Assembly (NCBI RefSeq): GCF_009834535.1 | Contig: NC_045697.1 | Location: forward strand, 46,192,001-46,256,000 | Origin: Camelus ferus | Taxonomy: Eukaryota | DNA: 64,000 nucleotides | Reading direction: 5' to 3' | Shown here: positions 26,395 to 39,330 of the stretch, piece after piece | How the letters are laid out: the number at the start of each line of letters is the position of its first letter | Numbering within the stretch: the first letter of the stretch is position 1 | The notes under the pieces: model-generated | Database searches by the model: none | Told to the model about the DNA's origin: nothing | The model's input: only the letters and a program-made list of their open reading frames with translations | Made by a program: the position numbers and the translations under genes

Positions 26395-29090
26395 TTATGA
26401 CTTTATTTTTTACAGCAGTTTTTGGTTCACAGCAAAATTGAAAAGACAGTACAGAGATTTTCCATTTACCCCTGCCCTGACATGGGCATAGCCTCTCCCT
26501 TATCAATATCCCTCACTGGATGGTACTTTTGTTATAATTGATGAACCTATATTGACACATCATAATCAACAAAGTCCATGGTTTACAATAGGGTTTACTC
26601 TTGGTGTTGTACATTAATGTAATGACATGTATGCATCATAATGGTATCATTCAGAGTATTTTTGCTGCACTAAAAAATCCTCTGTACTCCACCTATTCAT
26701 CCCTTTCCCCCAAACTCATAACCTCTGATATTTTTCTTGTCTCCATAGTTTGCCTTTTCCAGAATGTCGTATAGTTGGAATTACACAGTATAGACATAGG
26801 CCTATTCACATTGTCTATTTCTTCTTGTGTGAGTTTTAGCAAATTGTGTCTTTCAAGGAATTAGTCTATTTCATCTAGATTATCAAATTTGAATTGTTCA
26901 TATTATTCCTTTATTAGAATATTGATTTTATATTTTCCTTCTTTTCTAATATATTAATTCAACACTATAAATTTCCATCTAAGCACTGCTTTTGTTGCAT
27001 CCTATAAATTTTTATAAGTTCTGTTTTTATTTTCTTTATGTTGTATGTTCTTGTTTGATCCCTTTATCATCATATATTGTCTTCCTTTGTCTCTTGTCCC
27101 AGACTTTGTTTTAAATCTAGTTTTTCTGATACAAGTATTGCTACCCTAGATTTCATTTCCATTTACGCGGGATACCTTTTTCCATCCTCTCTCGTAGTCT
27201 ATGTGTCTTTATATTTGAAGTGAGTCTCTTGTAGGCAGCATAACTGAATCTGTGTTTTGTATCCAGTCAGCCACTCTGTGTCTTTTGATTGGATCATTTA
27301 GTCTATTTACATTTAAAGTAATTATTGATAGGTATGTACTTGCTGCCATTTTGCTAATTGGTTCTTGTTGTTTTTATATTCCTTTTTTTTTCTTCTTTTG
27401 CTCTCTTGTAATTTGATGACTATCTTTAGTATTATATTTTGATTCCTTTTCTTTTTTGTTTATTTATCTATTTTAGGTTTTTGGTTTGTGGTTACCATGA
27501 CCTTTATATATAGAAACCTACAAATATACACAGGATCATTTTAAGTTGATGATTTCTTAAAATCTAACACAATTTAACAACCAAGCATTTTAACTGGAAC
27601 CCTCCCAATGTTCATTGTTTTTAACATTATATTTTATATCTTTTTGTTTTGTGAATTCCTTAACTGCTTTTCGTGGATGTGGATGATTTTAATACTTTCA
27701 TATTTTAATCTTCCTACTTCATTAGTAAGTGGTTGATCTACTACCTTTAATGTTAACTTGTCTTTATCAATGAGATTTTTCCTTTTATAAATTGCAAATT
27801 TTAGTTATGGTCTTTTCTTTCCCACTTAGAGAAGTCCCTTTAACATTTCTTTTGAAGCTGGTTTAGTAGTGCTGAATTCTTTTTAGTGTTTGCTTGTCTC
27901 TAAAACTCATTCTTTCTCCTTCAAATCTGAATGATAGCCTTACCAGGTAGAGTATTCTTGGTTGTAGATTTTTCCCTTTCAGCACTTTAAATGTACCATG
28001 TGACTCCTTTCTGGCCTGCAAAGTTTCTGCTGAAAAGTCAACTGATTATCTTACCGTAGTTCCCTTATACATAAAGTATGTAAAAACTATGTTTTTCCCT
28101 TGCTGTTTTTAAGACTTTTTTTATCTTTAACTTTTGTCACTTTAATTATAATGCATCACTGTGAATTCCCTTGGGTTCATCTTGCTTGGGGCTCTCTGTT
28201 CTTCCTGGACCTGGATATCTGTTTCCGTTTTCTGTTGCAGGTTAGGGAAGTTTTCAGCTATTACTTCTTTGAATAAATTGTCTTTTTATATGCCTTGTTT
28301 TTTGTTTGTTGGTGCTTTTTTTGATAGGTAGACATTTTGTACTGGGTTAAAAATAAAAACTGCTGTAAATAAGCCTTGAGTAATGAGGTGGTAAGGTGTT
28401 GGCCAAGGGGAAATATTCTATAGTCTTATGATTAGGTCTGTCTTTTAGTGAGCCTTTGCCTCTGAACTGTGAACTTCACAAGCATTTCTCAGTTTTTCGC
28501 CCTCCTTATTTGGGACAGGGTGACCAGAGTGGGCTGGATTTTTGATAGTTCCCTTCCCTCAGGACAATTAGACTTTGATAATACCCCCAGCAGGTTAATT
28601 CTGATTAACTAGTTACCCCTGAAGGCACAGATGCTCTGGCTTATTTCAAGATGGTTCCTTTTCCCCTCTCTTTGCCATAAGCACAAGAGGATTTTTCTTG
28701 ATATTTACTGTGGGAACCTGGTCACTGTCTGTAGGTAAATCTCACAATATTTTGGGGCCTCTCCCTATGACTGGGTCCCTCTGAGTTTTAACTGTCCTCA
28801 CTGAACCTCCAGCGAGTCATCAATTACAGCTCAGCTTGTCCTACTCCAGCACTTCTCCCTGTGGTGGTTTCTGCTTGTGAGTCTCTGCTCCAGTAAGCCA
28901 TGAGTCCCTGGATTCACCTGTCTTTCTCTCCAGTCCCTGGGAGCAGTGGTTTTCCCTATGTCTTCCTTTTTCTTATGGATCTAAGAAGAATTTTTGATTT
29001 TGCAATCTGTTCAGATTTTTATTTGTTGTTAGAACAGAGTGGTGACTTCTGAGTTCCTTATACATGGAACAAGACACTGGAAGTCTAGTC
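26395..29090 (-). mobile_element. Composite of old LINE-1 fragments
   Basis: Antisense L1 3' end (acagcagtttttggttcacagcaaaattg), an ORF2-start region (gtgagtctcttgtaggcagca...cagccactctgtgtcttttgattgg) and an ORF1/5' region. Confidence 0.75.
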
Positions 29091-30059
29091 TTTATTTTTG
29101 TTTTCCATTTTTCACTAATCTTTCCTAATTTTCTTTCTTGTTCTACTTCTCTCTTTTTTTATACCCTCACCATCTCCTTTCCTCCTTTTTTTTTTAAGCT
29201 GGTTTCCTTTTCTTCTCATCCTCCTCTTCTCTTCCTTCCTTCTCTTCACCACACTTCTGTTTAAGTTTACATTTTCCAAAGAATTATCAATGTAGACAAT
29301 GTATCACTAAACAGACATAAGTGTTTGTATCCAAGGTTTTATTGGAGACTTTAAAGAAAAGAACAGATTAGAATTGTGAGTTCTAACATTGGGAGACGTA
29401 AAGGAGAAGGTATTTTGCCATTTGGGTTGAGACTTCTTCCAAAAGTATTTAAGGCATTGAATTTCAATGGCTATTCAATATTCTGTTCCCAAATGGCTTT
29501 TTTCTTCCTTTTTTTTTCCCCCTGCAGGGAATTATGCAGGGGGAAAAAAAGCAAATGATAAGGCAGGATATAGAGATGATTCATTAACCTTAGGGTAGAT
29601 TAATGTATGAACAAGACTGGGAGTGGGGAATGACTCAGTGACAAGCAACCCAGGGGAAATCTCCCAAGAGAGAAGGAAAAAGTTACTTGAAAGGTGGCCT
29701 TCAGGAAAGCTGTTAAAGTAAGGTTTTCAGTAGACAGAATACCTAGGAGGTTTGAATAATATCTCCCTTGTTCATGCCTAAAATTTCTTATCAGTGATTC
29801 TCTTCCCTATTTTAAAATACAAAAATAAAGTATAGGAAATAAACAGGTAATATTCACCCAGGATATCTCATGTACCAAGTACTTCCTATGAATTATTTTA
29901 TCTTCATAATAACCCCATGAAGCAGACACAAATATTATCTGCATTTTTCAGATAAAATATCTGGGAAGTTAAGTGTCTTGTCCAAGAATGTGCAGCAAGG
30001 ATGTGACGTAGCCAGCATTAAACAGAGGACATCTGACTCAAAAGTCCAGATCTTAATCC

Positions 30060-30398
30060 CTGGCTCTGCTATAATAGAATACTGTATACTTGGTGGCTTA
30101 AACAGCAGAAGTTTATTTCTCACGGTTCTGGAGGCTGGGAAACCCAAGATCAAGGCACCAGCAGATTAGATGTTTGATGAAAGCCTTTTTCCTGTTTCAT
30201 CGATGGCCATCTTCTTCATGTAAGGTCATAGTGGAAATAGCAAAGGAGCCCTCTGGGGTCTCCCTCATAAGAACACCAATCTTGCTGCATCATGAGGGCT
30301 CTGCCTTCATGACCTAATGCCTTCCCAAAGGTCCTACCTCCAAAGACCTTCCCCTTGGAAATTAACTTTTAATATGAATTTTGAGCAGAGTCTGTAGA
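30060..30398 (-). mobile_element. MLT1A-like LTR
   Basis: ggtggcttaaacagcagaagtttatttctcacggttctggaggctgggaa...cttcccaaaggtcctacctcc. Confidence 0.8.
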
Positions 30399-30599
30399 AG
30401 CCCACCAGCATAAACACTTTTTAAGTTCCCACCTGTTATTAGTAAATGACTAATTTTTAGTGAAGTCATGAAGAGATAAGACCCTTTTTTTCTTTCCTCT
30501 GATGGAAAAGCTCTGAGAAAGAATAAGAGAGAGTGACTAGAAGAGAAGAGACAGGAAGGTGAGATATAGTGACAACTGAACAGAAGAAAAGGATGATAA

Positions 30600-30830
30600 T
30601 ATTAAAAATAGCAATAATGAATAATAACATTTCTTGTGCGTTTCTTCAATGATAGGAACTTGTTAGACAATGTGTACATAGTACTTCATTAAATCCTCAT
30701 AAATACCTCATAAGTGGATATTTTATTTTACCTATTTATGTATGAGGAAGTGGGCACAGAGAAGGTAGCTGACCTGCTGAACATTATGCAGCTAATACAA
30801 AGCAGAGCTGGAATTTAAACCCAGACCCAG
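30600..30830 (-). mobile_element. MIR SINE
   Basis: cttcattaaatcctcat...tgaggaagtgggcacagagaagg...gcagagctggaatttaaacccag. Confidence 0.65.
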
Positions 30831-32012
30831 ATGTGCTTTTTCTTCAACTACCTTATTGTGGGAATTGAAAAAGGCTCATGATAATAATTTGGGGGTAAGG
30901 CTATCCCCTGTGTAAAGGCATCAGATTGTTTATCTTTTGGGGTCTTCAACATTTTACTTTCAGTTTAATAATTATAGTCTAAATGATCTGTATGCCTTCC
31001 AAAAACTGAGAATCACAAGGTGAAGCTTAGATTAGGAGGTGGTATGAGGAAAGCTATGTTAAAATTTGAACAGTGGTGTCTAAGTCTGGATTATTTTAAC
31101 AGCCTTAATGCCCCTTCTCCCTGCACCCTGCTCCGTGAACATGTATTTATAAATGCTTGAATGACGACTGTGATGCTGAGAGTCAGGGGCTGCCCAGATA
31201 GAGAGTGGGTGCATAACTCAGTATGGAAGAATACTGAAGGACTTTTTGGAGAGAAGGGATGATGGAAATGTAAGTGTTTCAAAGTCTAGACAGATGAAAA
31301 CTTGAATTTTGGGAACAGTAAACTGTAGCTTATAGTGGAGATGGTTATGGCGTCACTGTGACTTCACCCAAGTAAGCTCTCCATGGTTTTCTACAGTCCC
31401 AAAGATGAAGGGATCTCCCAAAGATCTAGAGGACTGGAGGCTGTTAAATGTTATACTGAACAGGAAGTGGAAGCAAGATGAGTTGAAGCAGAAGTCTGAG
31501 ATCAAACTTCATGACCTAGGCGAGGGTCTCTTAAAAGAGCAGCAGTAATCTTTGGTGGAGATTGAGGAATTGAGGAATTCTCTGAATCTTTGAAGAAACT
31601 TGGGTCATGTGGAGTAATTTTCATGTAGACAGGTTGACCACTTAGGATCCCAATTACAAATAGCCTTAGGAGAATTTATTCTCACATGTCAGCAACATTA
31701 ATTCATTTACTCAACAAAAATTTGTCTGAATCTTTTTCTTTAACTTATCTTCAAGTTCATTAATACTCTCTTTACCATATCAAATCCTCTCATAAACCCC
31801 TGTATTAAGTTCCTAAATTTGGTTATTGTATTTTACTTAACTAAAATGTATTTTTAAGTAAATTATGTATTAAGTAAATACATTTTAGTTCTCTGTCAAA
31901 ATTCTTTTATTTCCTTTAACATATCAAACATAGTTATTTTAAATTTACTGCTGACATCCCTGTGGCTTTCTTTCTATTTTCTCATGTTTTTTTTTTTCAA
32001 TCAGGTTATTCT

Positions 32013-32179
32013 TTTTAAAAAAAACTGTATTTGTCTACCATTGTATCATTTTATTTTACTTTATCTTGGTGGGGGGAGGTGATTAGGTTTATTTATTTTT
32101 AGAAGGGGTACCAGGAATTGAACCCAGGACCTCACACATATTAAACATGCACTCTACCACTTGAGCTATAACCCTCCTA
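32013..32179 (-). mobile_element. tRNA-derived SINE (vic-1-like)
   Basis: Same head (TAGCTCAAGTGGTAGAG...GGTTCAATTCC on minus) and AT-rich tail. TSD aggttattct at 32003-32012 and 32180-32189. Confidence 0.88.
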
Positions 32180-34204
32180 AGGTTATTCTCTTGTCTTCTC
32201 TTATTCTTGTTTAATTTGGATTGTGTATCTGACATTGAATATGAAATATTATAGAGCTAATTTGAGGCCTATGAGATAGTATCTTTCTCCAAGAGATTTC
32301 ATATTGGCTTCTTGGATTTAAGGATACTCTTCTATGCTTTTACTTCATTTAGGGGTTAGGGTAATTAGAAGCTGAACTACATGACTTTCACTTGTCAAAA
32401 ATATTAAGATTCTTGATTTTTTTTTTTTACTTCTTAGTTTAATACTTGTCATTCAAATTGTATTCAAAATTTTTAAATTAAAAATTTTAAATATGAAAAA
32501 GAATTCTATGTTTTGGGCATTTCTATTATAAAGTGGTTATCAAGATGATCCAGAATGTATTTACTATATTTATAAATACATATATATGTATATGGCATGT
32601 ATATAGTATATATATATATGTTCCTCAACTTGTGAATCGCCTAAAATCATATATATGTTGTGTATATGTGAGTGTGTGAATTTAATATAGTATGTATACA
32701 TATATGTGTGTGTATATATATATATACACACATTTTTATATATATGTATTCTTCAACCTGTGAATCCCCCCAAATCATGTCATCAGACTTTGTGAAGTTA
32801 GGTCTACAGATTCAGCTTGAGAAACACTTCCTTCCTTGTTTCTTTATTGTCAAAATTTTACACACTCTCAATCCTTGAATGGTTGCATTCCCACAAATTA
32901 CTATTTTAGATTTAAAATCTTAATTATTTTTAAATTCCTATTTCAGTCTTCAGGTGGAAGTTAATTTAACAATATACTCTGAACTTCACTTTTCTGTCTG
33001 AGCACATGGCTTAAGATTCTTCCCATTCAGCTTGTGGCATCTCTGTATTTGAACCATGTCCAGGTGTCTTTCGACTTTGTTGAATAACTGAAAGAGCCGT
33101 TGCAATGCTTGAGACATTTGATTCTTCTAGTCATCAGAAGACGTTCTTCCTCTTGAATTTCCAAAATTCCAGAAATTCTAGTTTTAATAATTCAAAGAAT
33201 AAACATCACAAACATCTCTATTTTCTTTTGTGTGGGTGGAGCAGATGCTTTAGTTCTTTGTTTCACATCCTCTCTGCTCACATCTAATTTTAGCGATTGC
33301 TACCATGTTTAGTTTTCTGTAAACTCAGGCTCATCTCCTGTTGTGGCATCTATATATCTTGTATCTTCCTGCTTGCTTCCTCAGGAGGGCCTTCTCCAAA
33401 GCTGTGTGAACCTACCTGTGCTTCTTGGAAGTGTAGGGATTATTAACACTCCCACAGAGGCCCTCAATCAACAGAGTCCACAGATAAATGCGCCAGCTGC
33501 CTGTTTCTCAGGTGGACATTTCTGAGAGTCTTCTAGGCAAGTTGAGCTCCCATTACCTAGAAAGCAAACTTGATTATGAAACCTGATGTTGGCTTTTCTT
33601 CTCCCCCAATTTATTCCTCCTACACCTTCATGCCTGCTTCTAGAGATCATCTTCCATATAAATGATCTCAAATTAAGTCCTTGTCTGATGCTCTGCTTTG
33701 AGGGAACCCAAATTAAGATAATTAGATAGTTCCTTTATGAGTTTAAGAGTATGCAACTATATGCATTTAACAAATATTTACCGAGGCCCATAGTGTTCCA
33801 GGCACCACTTAAGTTTCTGCTGGAAATGCAGAATGAAGAAAACAGACAAAGAATCTTCCTTCTTTGGAAGATTACATTGTAGTGCAGATCACAATGAAGC
33901 CTTATGGTTTTTCTATAGTGAGTGAATCTGGAGTAGGTTTGTAAAGAGGCCAAGCAGGCAGGTTTGAGAAAAGATTGGACCAAAAGACTCAGAACCTGAG
34001 GTAGAGGAGCTTATGTCTATACCTCATACAGAGAGAAACAGGAAGCCCCTAGATTCCTGGAGGGAGAGAGAGACAGTTACAATTTGTTAAAAGTTTGCAC
34101 TCGGAAAGGGCCAAACTCAAGCTTTGCCTCTGTCACTATTTTTCAATAAAGATCAAGTCTAGTTAATACACAGATATTTCATAAATAATCATTGATTTAT
34201 GTAC

Positions 34205-34365
34205 AAGTTGGCGTTTAAGTCCTGGTTCTACTACTTTGAGCGTGTAATTTAACTTCTCTGTCCTTATTTCTACATCTATAGATAAGGGTACTAACAGCAC
34301 TGACCTCACAGGATTGTTGTGTAGTGTAAATAAAGGATTGTAAATAAAAAGCACATTTTATATTG
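34205..34365 (+). mobile_element. MIR SINE
   Basis: atttaacttctctgtccttatttc...acctcacaggattgttgtg. Confidence 0.6.
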
Positions 34366-35960
34366 TAAAGCAAATTTAAATATCAACTGTGGGATGTAAA
34401 AGAGTGTACCAGTTAAAGTCTAGGTTAGCAAAGACACCTTTAGGTGTGCCAGAGACGTTCCAGGCTTGTGTGGAAGGCTGTATGACGACATTTTGCTTTT
34501 TCTTCCTCTGACTATTGTACAGTTAGGTCTAAGCACCTCAATGGTCAAGCTCTTTGTTAATTTTGACATCTGCTATTATCAGGTATTATCAGTTTGCTGT
34601 AGCTTGTAGTCCACACCTGATCGTAAGTGGTGCCTGAGTTTTTTGTTGATGACATTGCAAATGTAAACACAAGCAAAGCAAGAAAACTGCCCTTTCAAGT
34701 ACAGCTGTGTAGTATTCTTTTCATTTGTAGACTACAGTGGAAAAGCCCAAGTCCCGCTGATGTTAAACAGCACGACTCTCTCACTATGCGTATTTTCGTT
34801 CTTCCCCGCCCCCCGCCCGCGTGCTTGAGAACGCCACATTAAAAAAGAAAACAGCATCCCTGTGAGCCATTGTCCTCAGAACTATTAGTATTTCATAGAC
34901 TTAACGCGACAATGAATTACACGTCCAAAACAGGTTGTGTGTGTGGTTTAGCAAAACAAAATTAAGAGTCATTCCGGGGAAGGACATTGCCACAGCTTTG
35001 GCATAATTAGGAATCATCATAATCAAATACAGGAAATTGGCACATCTGCTTTTCAGGCTGTTGATCCAACTGTGAGGCTGCCTGTGCGCACTGGCACAAG
35101 CGGTTCTGATGCAGCTCGATGTGTTCTGCAAAGCTGTCTTTGCATAAATATTTACATAATTTTCTCCAAACACCACTATAAGCAGTTGTTTTTTTATCAC
35201 TTTTTCTCCCTTGGGTTATTATTTCTTCCCATCCCTACTCCTGGTGAAGGAGTGATCACTTGTTATTCTAAGGATTTCTCTTTTTTCAAAGGAAGTTTAG
35301 AGAAAAATCTTGGAACCTGAGAGTTCTATAAAATGACAGTGAGATGGAGCAATACCTTTCATTTGGTACATTTTTCTAAAACTACAAAGAGAAGAACTGC
35401 ACTCAACCCAGCTGTCAGGAACACAAAGCAGAGAGGCAGAGAGGGAGATTGGAGGGAGAATCGGTTCAGGGTTTGAATCTGGTGGGGAAGAGAAAGTCAG
35501 ATGAAGTGAGGCAGGACAGCATGGTCTTAAAGAAGTCATGTCTCCACCCAACCCATGTCTCCTTTAGTTATTAAAGGTTAAAAGGGTCTTCTGCAGAAGC
35601 ACTGGTTGAGTTCTTTAACTTTTAGTTACTTAATAATTCTGATAGTTTCCTTTCCCTTAGAATGATCTAAAAGATCTCTCTTGTCTCCTCCAGTTTTGAT
35701 GTTCTATGTTGCATTGTTGAAACCACAACATATTTTAAAATGATACATATTTCATACTTTAAAAAAATTCAATTAAAAAAAACTACCATCTTTTTCATTT
35801 TCCAAGCATTGTTTTGCTTACCAAGTTGCACAAGTGTCCTATTTCTGTTGACAACATCTAAATGGCAGCAGATAAAATCTTTTATAATATTCTAAATATT
35901 TATAAAGAATATTCCTCCAATGTGGAAGACATATTTGTTCTATTTTAGCATGAACCCTTT

Positions 35961-36126
35961 GTTTTGTTTTTTGTTTTTTGAATTGTTTTTTATTTGTTTG
36001 TTTGTTCTGGGGGGAGAGAGGTAATTAGGTTTATTTATTTTCTTATCTTAATAAAGGTACTGGTGATTGAACCTAGGACCTTGTGCTTACTAGGCAAGCA
36101 CTCTACCACTGGCTACACCCTCTCCC
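35961..36126 (-). mobile_element. tRNA-derived SINE (vic-1-like)
   Basis: Same head (GTAGCCAGTGGTAGAG...CCTAGGTTCAATC on minus) with an (A/C)-rich tail. Flanked by acccttt at 35954 and 36131. Confidence 0.85.
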
Positions 36127-37144
36127 TGGGACCCTTTACTTTTGATGCAGACTTTTCTCTGCAGTGAGTATAGAATTTGTACATAGGAGGGTAGCCTAGG
36201 AAACATTTTTATAACAAAATAATTGGAGGGTTTACACAGGGAAAGATATGTTTACCTTTCCTTATAAAAGCATTAAAAAGAGGCTACTTTCCAACAATTT
36301 GCAAATAGGAAAAGAAAAAAGATTCTAAGTAGGAACAGGCAAGAAATCTCCCTTAATCATATCCCCAACTACAGCTTACGTTAACACATACATATGTGTG
36401 TGGTACTGGTAGTTATCTGTTGTGTGGTTAGTTTTGTGTGTATATGAATGCTAGACTGTGAACGTGGTGCCTGTGTTACGTGCATTTAAACTTTTTAAAC
36501 CTTTTAGTGAGCTTTATATAGTTTAATTACAGAGTATAAATCATTTCTTTCCAATGAATTCCTCTATTATATTGAAGCATATTAAATCATAAGCATCTTT
36601 CGAGTAATATTAAACAGGCTTTTTCCTCTTTTCCTTCTGTCATCCATAGAGCATGGTTTTTTATTCTCATGCTTGTTTCCTCATGGACCCCAGGAACTGC
36701 TGCAGCACCAAAAACACCAGGAAGATAAAGGGTGAGAAGTGGGCCGTTTAATGGCCCCTCCTCTGCTGAGAACCATTCTGCTCTTTTTGGCTCTCTTTTC
36801 TCTTAGTATCTGTCTTATCCTTATCAATCCTTACCCTATACTTTTTCTCCCTTCAGTTTTCCAGATGAGCTGATGACAGCTCCATGTCAATGAATAAGAC
36901 CACTGGGTGCTTTGTCTGCGGAGAACTTTGGGAGTGTAAGTCCTTGAAATGGTCCGATGAGTCAGTCAGATTTAGGAATACAATCTTGTGTCCACTAGTT
37001 TGATTCATAGTGGCTTTGTACTAACTCATTCAATTTTTTATTAGTTTAGAGTTTAACTAGACAGTGTTTTTTTTTTTTGTGATGCACATGTTCACCTGTG
37101 GATATTTTTAAAACCTTAAAAACCCTTACATATGTATGGTGCTA

Positions 37145-37200
37145 GTGGTGGTGGTGATGGTGGTGGTGGTGGTGGTGGTGGTATGTGTGTGTGTCTGTGT
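37145..37200 (+). repeat. Compound (GGT)n-(GT)n microsatellite
   Basis: gtggtggtggtgatggtggt...gtatgtgtgtgtgtctgtgt. Confidence 0.9.
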
Positions 37201-38461
37201 TCACAAATCATTCTTTACCATCTATTACTGAGATGTTTTAAACTTTTTCTTTCCTTCTAAGTCTGATAACTCTAGATTTTCCTTTGTTTTTTGGCCAGGT
37301 CCTGGGGTTCAGCACCTATGTTATGTCTTTAATTGGTCATGGTTGTGATGTGATTTTACAGCTGAGGAGTTGTCAGCAACTTTCTTTGATAATATCTCAT
37401 CTCACCATCAGCTAGCAATTTAATTTTTTTTTCTGCTTGCTTTTATCTATGGTAAGACTTTTTTTAAACTCCACGTGTGTCTTTTCATATTTGCATTTTA
37501 TAATATATTTATTATCATCCCTTCTCTACTTAAAGTTACTCTGATAATATATAATACACTCTTCAAAGTTTGAAAGACAGGGCTGTGTGGTAAAAAGAGT
37601 TCTTTACTGGGAGTTTGGTGTTCCTGTCCTGGAGCTCCAGTTTCTTAGCTGTAGTGAGGAACCTGGACTAGAGAAAATTTTAGTCAACACTTACTGAGCA
37701 ACTGTCACGTGCCAGCAACTGTTGTAGGTGCTGGTGAGAAAAAGAGACAGATTCTCAGTCTAAGTTTATGATATTATTGGAAGAAGAATCAATTCATAAG
37801 CAATTACAAAAAATTATACAAAGTCTCTATTAGGAAATGCATGGAGTATTAGGGTACACGCAGGGTATTTCTCTTCCTCCAGAGGGAGTCAGGAAGAACT
37901 TCCTGGAGTAACTCACCTTTAAGATGAGAACAGAGAATAATAAGCAATAAGACAAAGACAGGGGGAATAGTATTTAAGGTAGAAGTCCCCAAATGGTATA
38001 AAAATGCCATTTTGGGATCATTTCGACTGTATTTATATGATATAATAGTTGAGAGGATAGAATTACTTACCTTTTAGAAATATGGAAACTTTGGGCTTGA
38101 TCTGTAAGATAGATCCTTAATTATTGTTAATTTCCTCATTTTTTTTTTTTTCTTCAAAAGCTCCCTCTGGGCCTGCTAGTTTAGCAAAGGAGTATTGGTA
38201 ACATAAACCACATAACTCAGATACTAGAATGTTCATGCCGGAAAAAACCTACGAGTTCATTCAGTCCAGCACCCTTAATTCTGCACAATGTTTCTTCAAG
38301 GCAGAGAAATCAAGCAACACATTTACTCCGTTTTCATAGCTGGTTAGTGGTTGAGTTTGCACTAAATGTAGTCTCTGATTGCTGTTTTGTTGTTGTTGTT
38401 GTTGTTTTTAACAAAGGAGCTTTATCGTGTTTTAATTTTTCCCTAAGTTTTTTTTTCCTTC

Positions 38462-38674
38462 CTTTTTTATAAATTGAAGTATAGTCAGTTTACAATGTTG
38501 CATCGGTTTCTGGTGTACAACATAATATTCATAAAATAACATACATATGTTCCTTTTCACATTCTTTTTCATTATAGGTTACTATAAGATATTGAATATA
38601 TTTCCCTGTGCTGTACAGTAGAAACTTGTTGTTTATCTATTTTACATACAGTAGTTAGTATCTGAAAATCTCAG
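38462..38674 (-). mobile_element. LINE-1 3' end fragment
   Basis: ttgaagtatagtcagtttacaatgttg...tctggtgtaca, closely similar to the 48.1-kb copy. Confidence 0.85.
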
Positions 38675-39119
38675 TTCCTGGTTTATTGGTGGTTCTCCTC
38701 TTGCAGGTTGTATTTTCATAACATGAGTATAAATAAATATACGTTTCCATAGTATTTTATATCCTGGAGAAGAAAATTATAGAAAAGAGAGGTGGAAGTG
38801 GAATGATAGGCGTTTTTGTTTATTGGTTTGTTTTGTTTTTGGTTCTCTGGTTAGTGGTTTCATCATTGTGATATCTATGAATGGGTCTCTAAAGTTAAAA
38901 AATTAGACCTATTCACTCTTGCCTTCTTCAGGATGCATTTTAGTGTTAATTATATATCTGTCTAGTATTTTAATTGAGAAATAAATATTTTAACCAGAAC
39001 AGTTAGTGTAAGTCTAAATTTCTCTTTTCCTAATGATGTCTGTTTCTGGTACTGTCTGTATTATAACTGTTAAGTTATAGATTACTTACGGATTTTTATA
39101 TCAGTTCTGTTGGTCGAAT

Positions 39120-39330
39120 ATGATAGTGGTTAAGCACTCAGGTTCTGATAAAATTCTTGATTAGTTCTGGACTTAGTATTCATGACTTCAGGCAAATAAG
39201 GTAACTACTCTCAATAATACTATTTCTTCATTTGTAAAATGGAGATGAGATTGTGATGAGGACTTAGTGAGAGAGTTTGTGTAAAACATTTAGCCTCGGC
39301 TTAGAACAGTATTCATTGTATGTCGGTTGT
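39120..39330 (+). mobile_element. MIR SINE
   Basis: tagtggttaagcactcaggttctg...tttcttcatttgtaaaatggagat...ttgtgatgagga. Confidence 0.6.
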
